Source: Puniceicoccaceae bacterium
Lineage (GTDB): Bacteria > Verrucomicrobiota > Verrucomicrobiia > Opitutales > Oceanipulchritudinaceae
Direction of reading: 5' to 3'
DNA length: 64,000 bases
NCBI GenBank assembly: GCA_040830765.1
Contig: JBFOMH010000005.1
Coordinates: forward strand, 352,001-416,000
This document shows positions 27,967 through 36,800 of this stretch, piece by piece. How positions within the stretch are numbered: the stretch's first letter is position 1; the number at the start of each line of letters is the position of its first letter. A program made the translations under genes and the position numbers. Below the pieces are notes generated by a model. The model was not told the origin of the DNA. It was given only the letters and a program-made list of their open reading frames with translations, and did not search any database.

Positions 27967-28893
27967 TTAAACGGTTTCGGCCATTTGAAGGTTGTCGACT
28001 GTCGCGATGTTGTTCGGATCGAGGGCCTCGAGTTCGTTCGTGACGCCCTCGTAGTCCTCCATCACATCCTCGGTACCAATGGCATTGCCGATGCAATTGA
28101 CCGGCAGACCAAGCGTAACGGCACGACGCACGACAATGGCATCGCGGACCATTGTGCCGAATATACGGGTCTTGGGGGAAATCTTCTTCTGGTTTTTGAA
28201 TTGATTGATCCGGAACTGCATCCGCATCTTCGGTACTTCGACATCCGTACCGCCCTTGACGGCATTGAAAATGACTCCGTTGATTGTCGCCGGTTGGCCC
28301 ATTCCAGGGGTGCGGTAGCGGGCGGAACGATCATTGAACTGCAAAAGCTTGCCGGTCAGGAGAGTCAATCCGATCAAGCTCAGGGCATCCGGGTTGGCCG
28401 GGACAATCACCTCGTTGGCACAGAAGAGGCCACACTGGGAAGCTCGCAAGACATTCGGTGGGCAGTCAAAAAGGATATAGTCGTAGTTGGGCTCGATGGC
28501 CTGGAGGGTCTGCCAGAAACGGACAAAAACCGGTTCGTCGGCCGGCGGCTCATACTCGTGTTCGATATCGATAAGATCGAAGGTCGTCGGAACCAAATCC
28601 AGTCCCGGGAGAATCTTTCGTCCTTCGCGGTCCTCAACCACGTCACGAACCACGATATCTTTCAACTGCTGATCCCCTGGATTAAATAAACTGTAAACGG
28701 AATCCCTTTTGGACCCGTGCAGCTTGTTCCAACGGTCGATGCGCAGGAGCCAGATGCTGACGTTTGACTGGGCGTCGAGGTCAACCAAGAGGACCCGTTT
28801 GCCGCGTTTTGCGAGGCAGGCAGCCATGTTGACGAGGCAACTGGTCTTTCCTACCCCTCCCTTATAGTTGATGAATGCTATTTTTCTTGCCAT
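27967..28893 (-). CDS. ParA/Soj family ATPase without an adjacent parB
   Basis: Deviant Walker A YKGGVGKTS, VLLVDLDAQSN, YDYILFDCPP. Confidence 0.93.
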   Translation of the reverse strand: MARKIAFINYKGGVGKTSCLVNMAACLAKRGKRVLLVDLDAQSNVSIWLLRIDRWNKLHGSKRDSVYSLFNPGDQQLKDIVVRDVVEDREGRKILPGLDLVPTTFDLIDIEHEYEPPADEPVFVRFWQTLQAIEPNYDYILFDCPPNVLRASQCGLFCANEVIVPANPDALSLIGLTLLTGKLLQFNDRSARYRTPGMGQPATINGVIFNAVKGGTDVEVPKMRMQFRINQFKNQKKISPKTRIFGTMVRDAIVVRRAVTLGLPVNCIGNAIGTEDVMEDYEGVTNELEALDPNNIATVDNLQMAETV

Positions 28894-29091
28894 TGCTACT
28901 TCTTTCAAGGCCCAGTTAAGCTCAGTTCAGCCCCTTAGACATGCGTCTTTTGCCGCTTTCCGAATAGTTTAAAATTTTTTGACAAAGGGCGGTTTTCGAG
29001 GAATCGGCAGAATTTACCAAATCCGGTGAATAAATCCCTTCCTGTGGTCGTTCAACGGGTATGAAGCGCCCAGCAACCACTATCGGAACAA

Positions 29092-29119
29092 TTGACTCCA
29101 ACCCTTGTCTTGGTATATT
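29092..29119 (+). promoter_or_regulatory. Sigma70-like promoter for the DUF3300 gene
   Basis: TTGACT, 16 nt, TATATT with extended -10 TG; AAGGA RBS before ATG 29175. Confidence 0.5.
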
Positions 29120-29174
29120 GGAATTAGACCCGGAAACTGAACGGTTAACGGGTCCAAGCCGAAAGGAACACCTC

Positions 29175-30740
29175 ATGAAACTACTCACCCGAAGCCTGCT
29201 TACCCCTCTCCTCCTCTCCATGGTCGCCTGTGTCCAGGTCACAAAGGAAGTGACGGCTATCCCCGCCGAACAGGTTCCGGCACAGGAAACGGTCCAGGAT
29301 GAGGCGACTTTCAGCCAGGCCGCTCTCGACCAGATGCTGGCCCCGATTGCCCTTTATCCCGACGTCCTCCTGTCCCAGGTATTGATTGCCTCCACCTATC
29401 CCCTTGAGATCGTCGAGGCTTCCCGCTGGTCCCGTGCCAACCCGGATCTGGAAGGGGACGATGCCGTTGCCGCCGTTGACGAAATGGATTGGGATCCCAG
29501 CATTAAGGCCTTGGTCGCTTTCCCCGAACTGCTCCAACTGATGGACGAGAATCTGACCTGGACCCGTCGCCTCGGAGATGCCTTCCTGCTTCAGGAGGCC
29601 CAAATGATGGATACCATCCAGAATCTCCGTCAGGTCGCCCTTGATGAGGGCTCGCTGGAGGAACTAGAACATGTCGTTGTCTCCCAGCAGGAGGAAGTGA
29701 TCTACATTGAGCCGAGAAGTACCCGAATCGTTTATGTTCCTTATTACGACACCCGCTATGTCTATGGCAGCTGGTGGTGGTATGATTACCCGCCGGTCTG
29801 CTGGTATACACGGCCAGTCCCCTATCATAGTGGCGTCAGTATAGGATTCCACTGGACCAGCGGCATCCACTTTTCATCCAGTTTCTTCTACAGCGACTGC
29901 TACTGGCCAAGTCGGAGGGTGGTCGTGGTCAAGCATCACCACAAGCACCATCGGCCGCACTACAAGGATGGCCGCCGGGATTACCATCGCTACCGGGAAG
30001 CCCCTACCTGGCGCCACAATCCCTACCACCGCCGTGGGGTTCGCTACCCCAGCGAGGAGTTGCATCGTCGTCATGACCGCCACAGCGCCTCCGGCATCAC
30101 CCGTCACCGGGTCCCGGATCGGGATTCCCGCATGGATCACCGGATCAGCCGCCATCCTGACCAACGGCCCATTCCTTCCGAAACACCGGTTCAGCTAACC
30201 CGCCGCAGTCGGGAGGCGGAACAACCCGGACCCGTTGTCAGCAGCCGCGGTACCCGGCAGCAGGATATCTCCAGCCGGCCCAAGCCGAACGCTTCAGCAC
30301 CAGCTATTTCACGCTCTGAACGAGCCAACCGCCTGGCCCGCAGCAGCGAGGCCCGCCGGACTGTCCGGACCAGCCAGATTGCGCGGAACAATCGAGTTAC
30401 CCAGCCGAAACCGGTCGAACGTTCGTCGAATCGGGTTGCTTCTTCAAGGAAGCCTGAGGCCAGCCAACGAAGCACCATCGCCAGGACTCAATCAAAGCCA
30501 AAACCGAAAGGTAACTCCCAATCGGCCCGCCAGTCGGGTTCCTCCACCAACCGGAGCAGCTCAACCAAGTCCAGCGACTCGGGCAACAAAACCACCTACG
30601 CGAATAATAACAACAACAGCTACAGTGGATCCTCAAACTCCTCCTGGAAGAGTAATAATAAGTCTTACGCTTCGAACCGTCCGTCGCGCCAGCATAGGGC
30701 TGACGGCATCCGCAAGGCAATCCGGCCCCATCAGCCGTAG
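29175..30740 (+). CDS. DUF3300 domain lipoprotein with long disordered tail
   Basis: Lipobox SMVAC; LDQMLAPIALYPDVLLSQVLIASTYPLE, WDPSIKAL, VYVPYYD, WRHNPYHRRGV. Confidence 0.92.
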   Translation: MKLLTRSLLTPLLLSMVACVQVTKEVTAIPAEQVPAQETVQDEATFSQAALDQMLAPIALYPDVLLSQVLIASTYPLEIVEASRWSRANPDLEGDDAVAAVDEMDWDPSIKALVAFPELLQLMDENLTWTRRLGDAFLLQEAQMMDTIQNLRQVALDEGSLEELEHVVVSQQEEVIYIEPRSTRIVYVPYYDTRYVYGSWWWYDYPPVCWYTRPVPYHSGVSIGFHWTSGIHFSSSFFYSDCYWPSRRVVVVKHHHKHHRPHYKDGRRDYHRYREAPTWRHNPYHRRGVRYPSEELHRRHDRHSASGITRHRVPDRDSRMDHRISRHPDQRPIPSETPVQLTRRSREAEQPGPVVSSRGTRQQDISSRPKPNASAPAISRSERANRLARSSEARRTVRTSQIARNNRVTQPKPVERSSNRVASSRKPEASQRSTIARTQSKPKPKGNSQSARQSGSSTNRSSSTKSSDSGNKTTYANNNNNSYSGSSNSSWKSNNKSYASNRPSRQHRADGIRKAIRPHQP

Positions 30741-30830
30741 GCCCTGCCAGTGCTCTTCAGGCCAGTGACACCGGGAAAGCCTTCAGATTCGGTATTGTAC
30801 TGCTGAACCGGACCCGCCATAACGGCTGGT

Positions 30831-31667
30831 GTGAGTGCCGAGACTGACCAGGAACGATGCCGCAATTGCGGCACAGAGTTGCAAGGTGATTTTTGTCACC
30901 AATGTGGCCAGTCCTCCAAGGTCATCCGGCGGCCAACCCGTGAGGTCCTCGACGATGCCCTGGGTAATGTATTCCACTGGGATTCCCGCCTCTTCAGGAC
31001 GCTTCGGCTTCTCTTTTTCCATCCGGGTCGCCTCTCGGCGGAATGGGTCGAGGGCCGCCGGATGCGGTATGTTCCTCCGTTCAGGCTCTACATCATCGCC
31101 AGCTTTGTGCTTTTTTTGCTCGTCGGCCTATCAACCAGACAAAGCAGTGACGACTTTCAGGCCTTTTCCGCAAGCGACAACGCCATCAAATCCCTGCAAG
31201 CCAGCATCGACAAGGCGAAGGAAGCCGGTGATTGGCTGGAAGGAATTATTCTCCAGGCAACCCTGCAGGCGATTCAAGACCCGGCGGCCTACTTCAGGAA
31301 AATCACCTCAAACCTGCCCAAGGCCGCCTTTGTTTTCCTTCCGCTCTTCGCGCTGCTGCACAGGCTGGCAAACTTGCGCCAGAAACGGTTCTATATCGAC
31401 TACCTGGTCTTTTCCCTCAACTTCCACGCCTTCAGTTTTTTACTGATCGCGATTGTCCTCCTCGCGGGATTGCTCTCCTCATTCGTGGGCGAATTTCTGG
31501 AGCTGTTCTACCCGCTGATCCTCGTCTATGGGATTATCGCCTTCCGCAACTTCAGCCAGCAGGGCTGGGGAAAAAGCATCCTCAAGGGATTCCTCGTCTT
31601 CGGGGCCTACGCCACTGTACTCAGTTTCGGCATCGCCTTTTACCTGGCTGCGGTTCTCTTCCTGTAG
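30831..31667 (+). CDS. DUF3667 domain membrane protein
   Basis: Zinc ribbon CRNCG...FCHQCGQ; DSRLFRTL...PGRLSAEWVEGRRMRYVPPFRLY; TM helices. Confidence 0.9.
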   Translation: MSAETDQERCRNCGTELQGDFCHQCGQSSKVIRRPTREVLDDALGNVFHWDSRLFRTLRLLFFHPGRLSAEWVEGRRMRYVPPFRLYIIASFVLFLLVGLSTRQSSDDFQAFSASDNAIKSLQASIDKAKEAGDWLEGIILQATLQAIQDPAAYFRKITSNLPKAAFVFLPLFALLHRLANLRQKRFYIDYLVFSLNFHAFSFLLIAIVLLAGLLSSFVGEFLELFYPLILVYGIIAFRNFSQQGWGKSILKGFLVFGAYATVLSFGIAFYLAAVLFL

Positions 31668-32039
31668 GATGGAGAGGACCTTATCTTTCTCATCTGCATA
31701 AGTGACCCGGTCATGCGCATCGATGCGGAAGTAGCCATCCTTGATCAAGTAGTCGATCATCTGGTCAACCTCGGTGTCTCGAATACCACCGCTACCATGG
31801 AACATCGACCGGATTGACCGAAAGACCTCCTGACGGTTTTCCGGCCGCAATTGATTCAGGCAATTGCGGATGTAGCCCTGCTTGCGATGGACCGCCATCA
31901 CCGGCCGGTTGGCTGGCTTTTTTTCCTCCGATTCATCCACTCCGGATTTCGGACCCATGACCTGGGTCAAGGCTGCATATTGGGCAGCCGTCATTTCGAT
32001 GATTACTGAACCGGTGGAAGTTGAACCTATCTTACGCAT
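31479..32039 (-). CDS. Hypothetical protein with possible winged-helix-like domain; 3' end overlaps DUF3667
   Basis: Protein-like core (RPENRQEVFRSIRSMF...EVDQMIDYLIKDGYFRID...VTY) fills an otherwise empty gap. Confidence 0.55.
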   Translation of the reverse strand: MRKIGSTSTGSVIIEMTAAQYAALTQVMGPKSGVDESEEKKPANRPVMAVHRKQGYIRNCLNQLRPENRQEVFRSIRSMFHGSGGIRDTEVDQMIDYLIKDGYFRIDAHDRVTYADEKDKVLSILQEENRSQVKGDAETEYSGVGPEDEESLEDAFSPALLAEVAEGDNPIDEDQRVEQLQKFAHE

Positions 32040-32194
32040 CTGGTTGTTATCCAACAATCGTTTCCATCCAGGGAAAAGGGGAAGCGATGAGATGCGGTAT
32101 TTATCATTAAATTTTTACCAGAAGCGCGCCTTCTATCGCCCACTAAACAATCCGCCTTCTTGAAAATTCCCTCAATTCCATTACCCCTGTTTCT

Positions 32195-33097
32195 ATGATG
32201 AAGAAATTCCTCCTTATGAGCATCCTTGCGGCAACAACCGCCGGCCTTTGGGCTGGTCCTGACTCCAGGGAGGGAACGGGTCGGCCGCCTGGTAGCGGAT
32301 GGACCGCAGACCTGAGTACCTTTCACTCGGGCAGTGCTGACCTCGATTCGGGAGGAGACTTCACTATTGCCTCCGTTCGCTTCAAGACGGGCTACAGCTG
32401 GACCTCCAGCACACAAAGCCGTTCCTCGGTTGAACTCTATTTTGACTGGCGGGACTATAACTTCGATGGCCTCTTCGACCCATGGAGTACTGTTTTCGAG
32501 ACCGGCCTCTCCTACTCCTACAATCATGATTTCGGCAACGACTGGAGCCTCATGCTGACCCCTTCGATCCGGATATCCATGGAGGATGGGGCGGATCTGA
32601 GCGACTCCCTCCAGGCCGGCGGTATCTTTGCTTTCACGAGGGAGATTTCACCGGCTCTTCGCCTTGGTATCGGGGCAGGCGTATTTACCGGACTGGAGGA
32701 CACCAGCGCTTTTCCGTTTCTTCTCATTCGCTGGCAGATCGATGAGCATTGGTACGTCGGCAATCCATTCGCCCCGGGTCCGGTTGGTCCGGCCGGACTG
32801 GAACTGGGCTACCGATACAACAACCAGTGGAGTTTCGCCATCGGAGGAGCCTACCGCTCCGACCGCTTTGCCCTCAGAGATGACGGCTTATGGGCGAACG
32901 GATACGGCGAAGTGGAAGGTACGCCAGTCTTCCTGCGAGCCTCCTACAACACCGGCTCCGGTAGTCGCGTTCACCTCTATCTCGGTACTATCCTGTCCGG
33001 TGAACTGCAAATCGATGATTCCAGGGGCCGCAAGTGGTTGAAAACCGATTATGATCCCAGTCTGCTCCTGGCTCTTGCCTGGCAAGGCAGGTTTTGA
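32195..33097 (+). CDS. Outer-membrane beta-barrel protein (DUF6268-like)
   Basis: Signal peptide, amphipathic aromatic-rich strands, FPFLLIRWQI, terminal Phe (AWQGRF). Confidence 0.75.
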   Translation: MMKKFLLMSILAATTAGLWAGPDSREGTGRPPGSGWTADLSTFHSGSADLDSGGDFTIASVRFKTGYSWTSSTQSRSSVELYFDWRDYNFDGLFDPWSTVFETGLSYSYNHDFGNDWSLMLTPSIRISMEDGADLSDSLQAGGIFAFTREISPALRLGIGAGVFTGLEDTSAFPFLLIRWQIDEHWYVGNPFAPGPVGPAGLELGYRYNNQWSFAIGGAYRSDRFALRDDGLWANGYGEVEGTPVFLRASYNTGSGSRVHLYLGTILSGELQIDDSRGRKWLKTDYDPSLLLALAWQGRF

Positions 33098-33226
33098 CGA
33101 AAGCTTCTCTAATAATTGGGGATTTACTAATCTAGTCCCCACTAATACTGCCGGTTTACAGCTGTAATTAGCATTGACCGCATAAGTATTCCTACTTACC
33201 CCTATTAGGGTCCTTTTCACAGGAAT

Positions 33227-33868
33227 ATGAGTAGAATACTTGTACTGATGGTTTCCTTTGGAGTCATGCTGGGCCACGGCATGGTCAATGCCGGAATATT
33301 GCAAAACGAGGACTTCTCATCGGGCCTGGAGGGATGGGATTCCCAGGGAGCGGTATTCGAGGGGATCGAGGAAGTAGCATTAACCGATGAAAATGTTAAG
33401 CAATCTTTTCTTTACCAAGGAGTTACGTTAGATCCAGGCACCTATGAAGTAGCCATCAGTTTCCGCCAGATCCTTTCCCCGGCGGAACCCTTGGGATTCG
33501 CCAAAGACACTTTCTTCGCCTCGATTTACCTCAGCAACACACCCGAGCAGTTTGATCCCCAAGCCCCAGACGGATTTGAAGGAATCCTTGAGCTATTCAA
33601 CTTTGATTCTGCCGGTCCCTTCGCATTTTCAGGCGAATTTATCCCAGATCCGGTAAGGCCAGACTACCTGAGTTACCGGCAAACTTTGTCCCTGACAGAG
33701 CCGAGTACCCTTTTCACTGTATTTGAGTTAACCGATCTGAATGGAATCAACGATAACAGCCTCGTTTTGGTGGATTCCGTGGTCGTTGTGATTCCCGAGC
33801 CACTGGCGGCGGTTCCATTCGGATTAGCCGTCCTGGCATTCCTGCTTATCCGGAGAAAGGTGCGCTGA
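33227..33868 (+). CDS. PEP-CTERM sorting domain protein
   Basis: Signal peptide, NEDFSSGLEGW, C-terminal IPEP plus TM helix plus RRKVR. Confidence 0.92.
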   Translation: MSRILVLMVSFGVMLGHGMVNAGILQNEDFSSGLEGWDSQGAVFEGIEEVALTDENVKQSFLYQGVTLDPGTYEVAISFRQILSPAEPLGFAKDTFFASIYLSNTPEQFDPQAPDGFEGILELFNFDSAGPFAFSGEFIPDPVRPDYLSYRQTLSLTEPSTLFTVFELTDLNGINDNSLVLVDSVVVVIPEPLAAVPFGLAVLAFLLIRRKVR

Positions 33869-36800
33869 TGCGATTGCGGCAGCTCAGGGTGATTGTTCTC
33901 TTGCTCACTTGTGGCTTCCTGACCGGGTCACTGGAAGGGCAACCGATACCCGTGGGTGACAGCGTTCAACTGGCCGTTGGCAACTCGCGTTCCAGCCTCG
34001 ACCGGGCCTCCGGTATTATCGAAACCAGTTTTGATCTCACCCTGACAAACACCGGGGAAATCGATATTGAAGCGCCGCTGCACGTCGCCATGACCCTGAA
34101 TGGGGACTACCTGCCTGGTACGGCGGGATTTATCGAGGCCATGGGGGGTGACGGCTCAGGACCTTACGGGACATGGTATTTCGATCTTTCCCCGGAAATC
34201 GGGGCCGCGCTTGAGCAGGGACAATCCCTCGTCGTCCCGATTCGCTACTACAGGCCATCCGATATTAGTGTCTCCTACGGCATCGAAGTCTACGGGGTTG
34301 TCAACAGCATGCCGGAGCTGGCCGAGTTGCCTCAATTCCAAGGGGTTGTCGGAGAGCCACTGACACTAAGCGGTGTCTTCGTTACCGATCCAGACGGCGA
34401 TCCATTGTTCTACAACTGGACGACCAGCACCGGGCAGTCTTCAACCGAACCGGCACCCACCTTCCAGTTTGACATACCGGGAATCCATGAAGTTGTCCTC
34501 GAGGTAAGCGATGATCGGGAAGGTCTGCTGACGACCCGTTTCACGGTGACCATACTCCCGTCAGGTGATAAGGCCAATGGGCGTACCCGCACTCTGGACG
34601 GAACCGGTCTGCCACTGGATTCAGTTACAGTCGAAGAATACTTTGCGGGAAGAGAACCAATCACTTACTTGTCCGATGAAGAATCAGGATTCACTTCCCT
34701 CGGTTCAACAAGTGGTTTCTACCTGTGGAAATTCAGCAAAGCGGGATATCTCTCCGTTTGGCGCGCAGGAGAACTGGTTTCCGGTAAGGTCACAGCAGTC
34801 CCTAATCCCTGGCTTAAGGAAGTCGAGTCGACGCCGCATTCCCTCTCCGTTCTCGGGGTAACGGAAATCACCGATGCCGGGGAATCCATCAGGCTAATCT
34901 TTCCTGAAGGCTCCTTTGAACAAACCGGGAATGCCTTTCTTACCCGACTCAACAGCCAGTCACTTCCCTATCCCCTTCCCGCTGGATGGAGTCCCTTGCA
35001 GGCCTTTCACTTCGCCTCGGATTCTCCTCCGATAACTTCCGGTTCCGTTGAGGCTACATTGATTGATGAAACACTGGCCGGCGAAACCGTTGTTCTCGTT
35101 TCCTTTGACGAGGGAAGCGCCGCCTGGATCACCGAATCCATTGCCTCGGGCACCGGTTCAAGTGTTTTCACGGGATCCATTGAAGCCCCCGGTACCTATG
35201 CCGTGGTTGTGCCCGACAGCGGACCCAACGCGCCCTCGGAGGCTGTCCCAAGCGAGGCTCTTCCCTCCTCCCCGATGGTGGAGATCGATTCTAACCTTCT
35301 TACGGTCACGGGTGAGGTCGTGCCGGGTTCCGTCATTGCCTCGGTCATTCCCAGCGAGGTCACGGTCAGCGGTCAACTATCCGTCAACGCGGATTCGCTT
35401 CCAACGAGCGGATTCTGGCTATCCGGTCGTATTGACGAAGTCTATACATTGCTGGACGGCCGGGACATCCGGACACCGGACTATGATTCGACCCTTTTCA
35501 GTTATTCCCGTCCAGCGGGAGTTGAAGGCGGCATGTCTATTCAGCTTCCCTTGCGGCCCCAGTTGCTCTTTCCCCCTGAGGACCTGTTTGAAGCCCGTAT
35601 CCGGATGGATGTCTTTGGCTCCGTTCAAGCAGAGGGGACCATCCTCGATACGGAGGGCGGGATTCTGGCCCGCGATGGCGTCCGTATCGTCGCTCCGGCA
35701 GGTCTGCTTGGCCAGGCAACAACCGCGGAAATCCTCTCCTCACGCATCGAGTCCTTCATCAGCGTCGCCCCCAGGGCAATCCCGGTAAAGGCCTTTCAAG
35801 TCAACCTTTCCGGATTGGATGGAACCCAGGCATTGGAGATCAGCTTTGAACCCCTCAGCCCAAATGTGGAATATGTCCTCGCCCGCCTTGTCATCGGTGG
35901 GGGTGACTTTGGCCTGCAACCGGTGGAGCGCTTCTCCAGTGATGAGAACGGCATCCTGGCAAGTTCCGAACCAGTCTCCGGGCCCCGACTTCCCGGACTT
36001 GTCAGGGCTGGCCAATATGTCCTCCTTCAGGTCCCCGAGGCCCTCGGCTTGATTGAGGGGATTGTCTCCGGGAATGAGAGCCAGCCCCTTGAGGGAGTCT
36101 CCATCCGGGTGGATAACACCCCGTGGGGCGGTGTCACCGGGCCCGGCGGCACCTACCAGATGCTGTCCCCGGCGGGCGGATTTACTCTCTTCGCCTACGA
36201 TCCTCAAACCGGGGAGGAGGGCCGCGCTGACGGAGAGCTGGCTAATCCCACAGACTCCCTGCAACTTGACTTTACCGCTGCCCTTGTCGGGCCACGGGTG
36301 GCCTCGGTTTCCCCCACAGACAACGCCTCCGAGGTATCCGAGGTCGCCCCGGTCGTCCTTCGCTTCAGCAAGGCCCTCGATCCGGCCAGCTTTGGGCCCG
36401 CGGCCGTTTCTGTCCTGACAGTCGATGGCGGGGAACTTGTTTCCGGCTCGCTCGGCCTGAATCTCAACGCCACCGAGGCTACATTTCTCCCTGCCAATCC
36501 ATTCGAACGCGATACTGCCTATCGTATCGTTTTGGCCGCTACAATCCGCGATCTCAACGGACTCCCGATTGAAGGTTCCCTGGAATTTTCCTTCACCACC
36601 CGTCCGCCTGAGGCCCGCGCCCTTGGCGCTCAGCTGGTCATTTACGAGCCCGGGGCTGCCATCATCCCGCCGGAGGTCCTTGACCAGCTGGTTGGCTACG
36701 AACCGGGCGGCTCACTTGTCGTCGCACATGGCTCCTCCGGCACCGCCGATCCCGAGGTCCCGGTTATTCTCGTCAACGAAACCACCGGGGAGACGGCTAC

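Noticed and set aside
27967..28893. ParA as a plasmid or prophage partition locus
   Set aside because: No parB, rep, iteron or phage genes; the context (tRNA, smc) is chromosomal.
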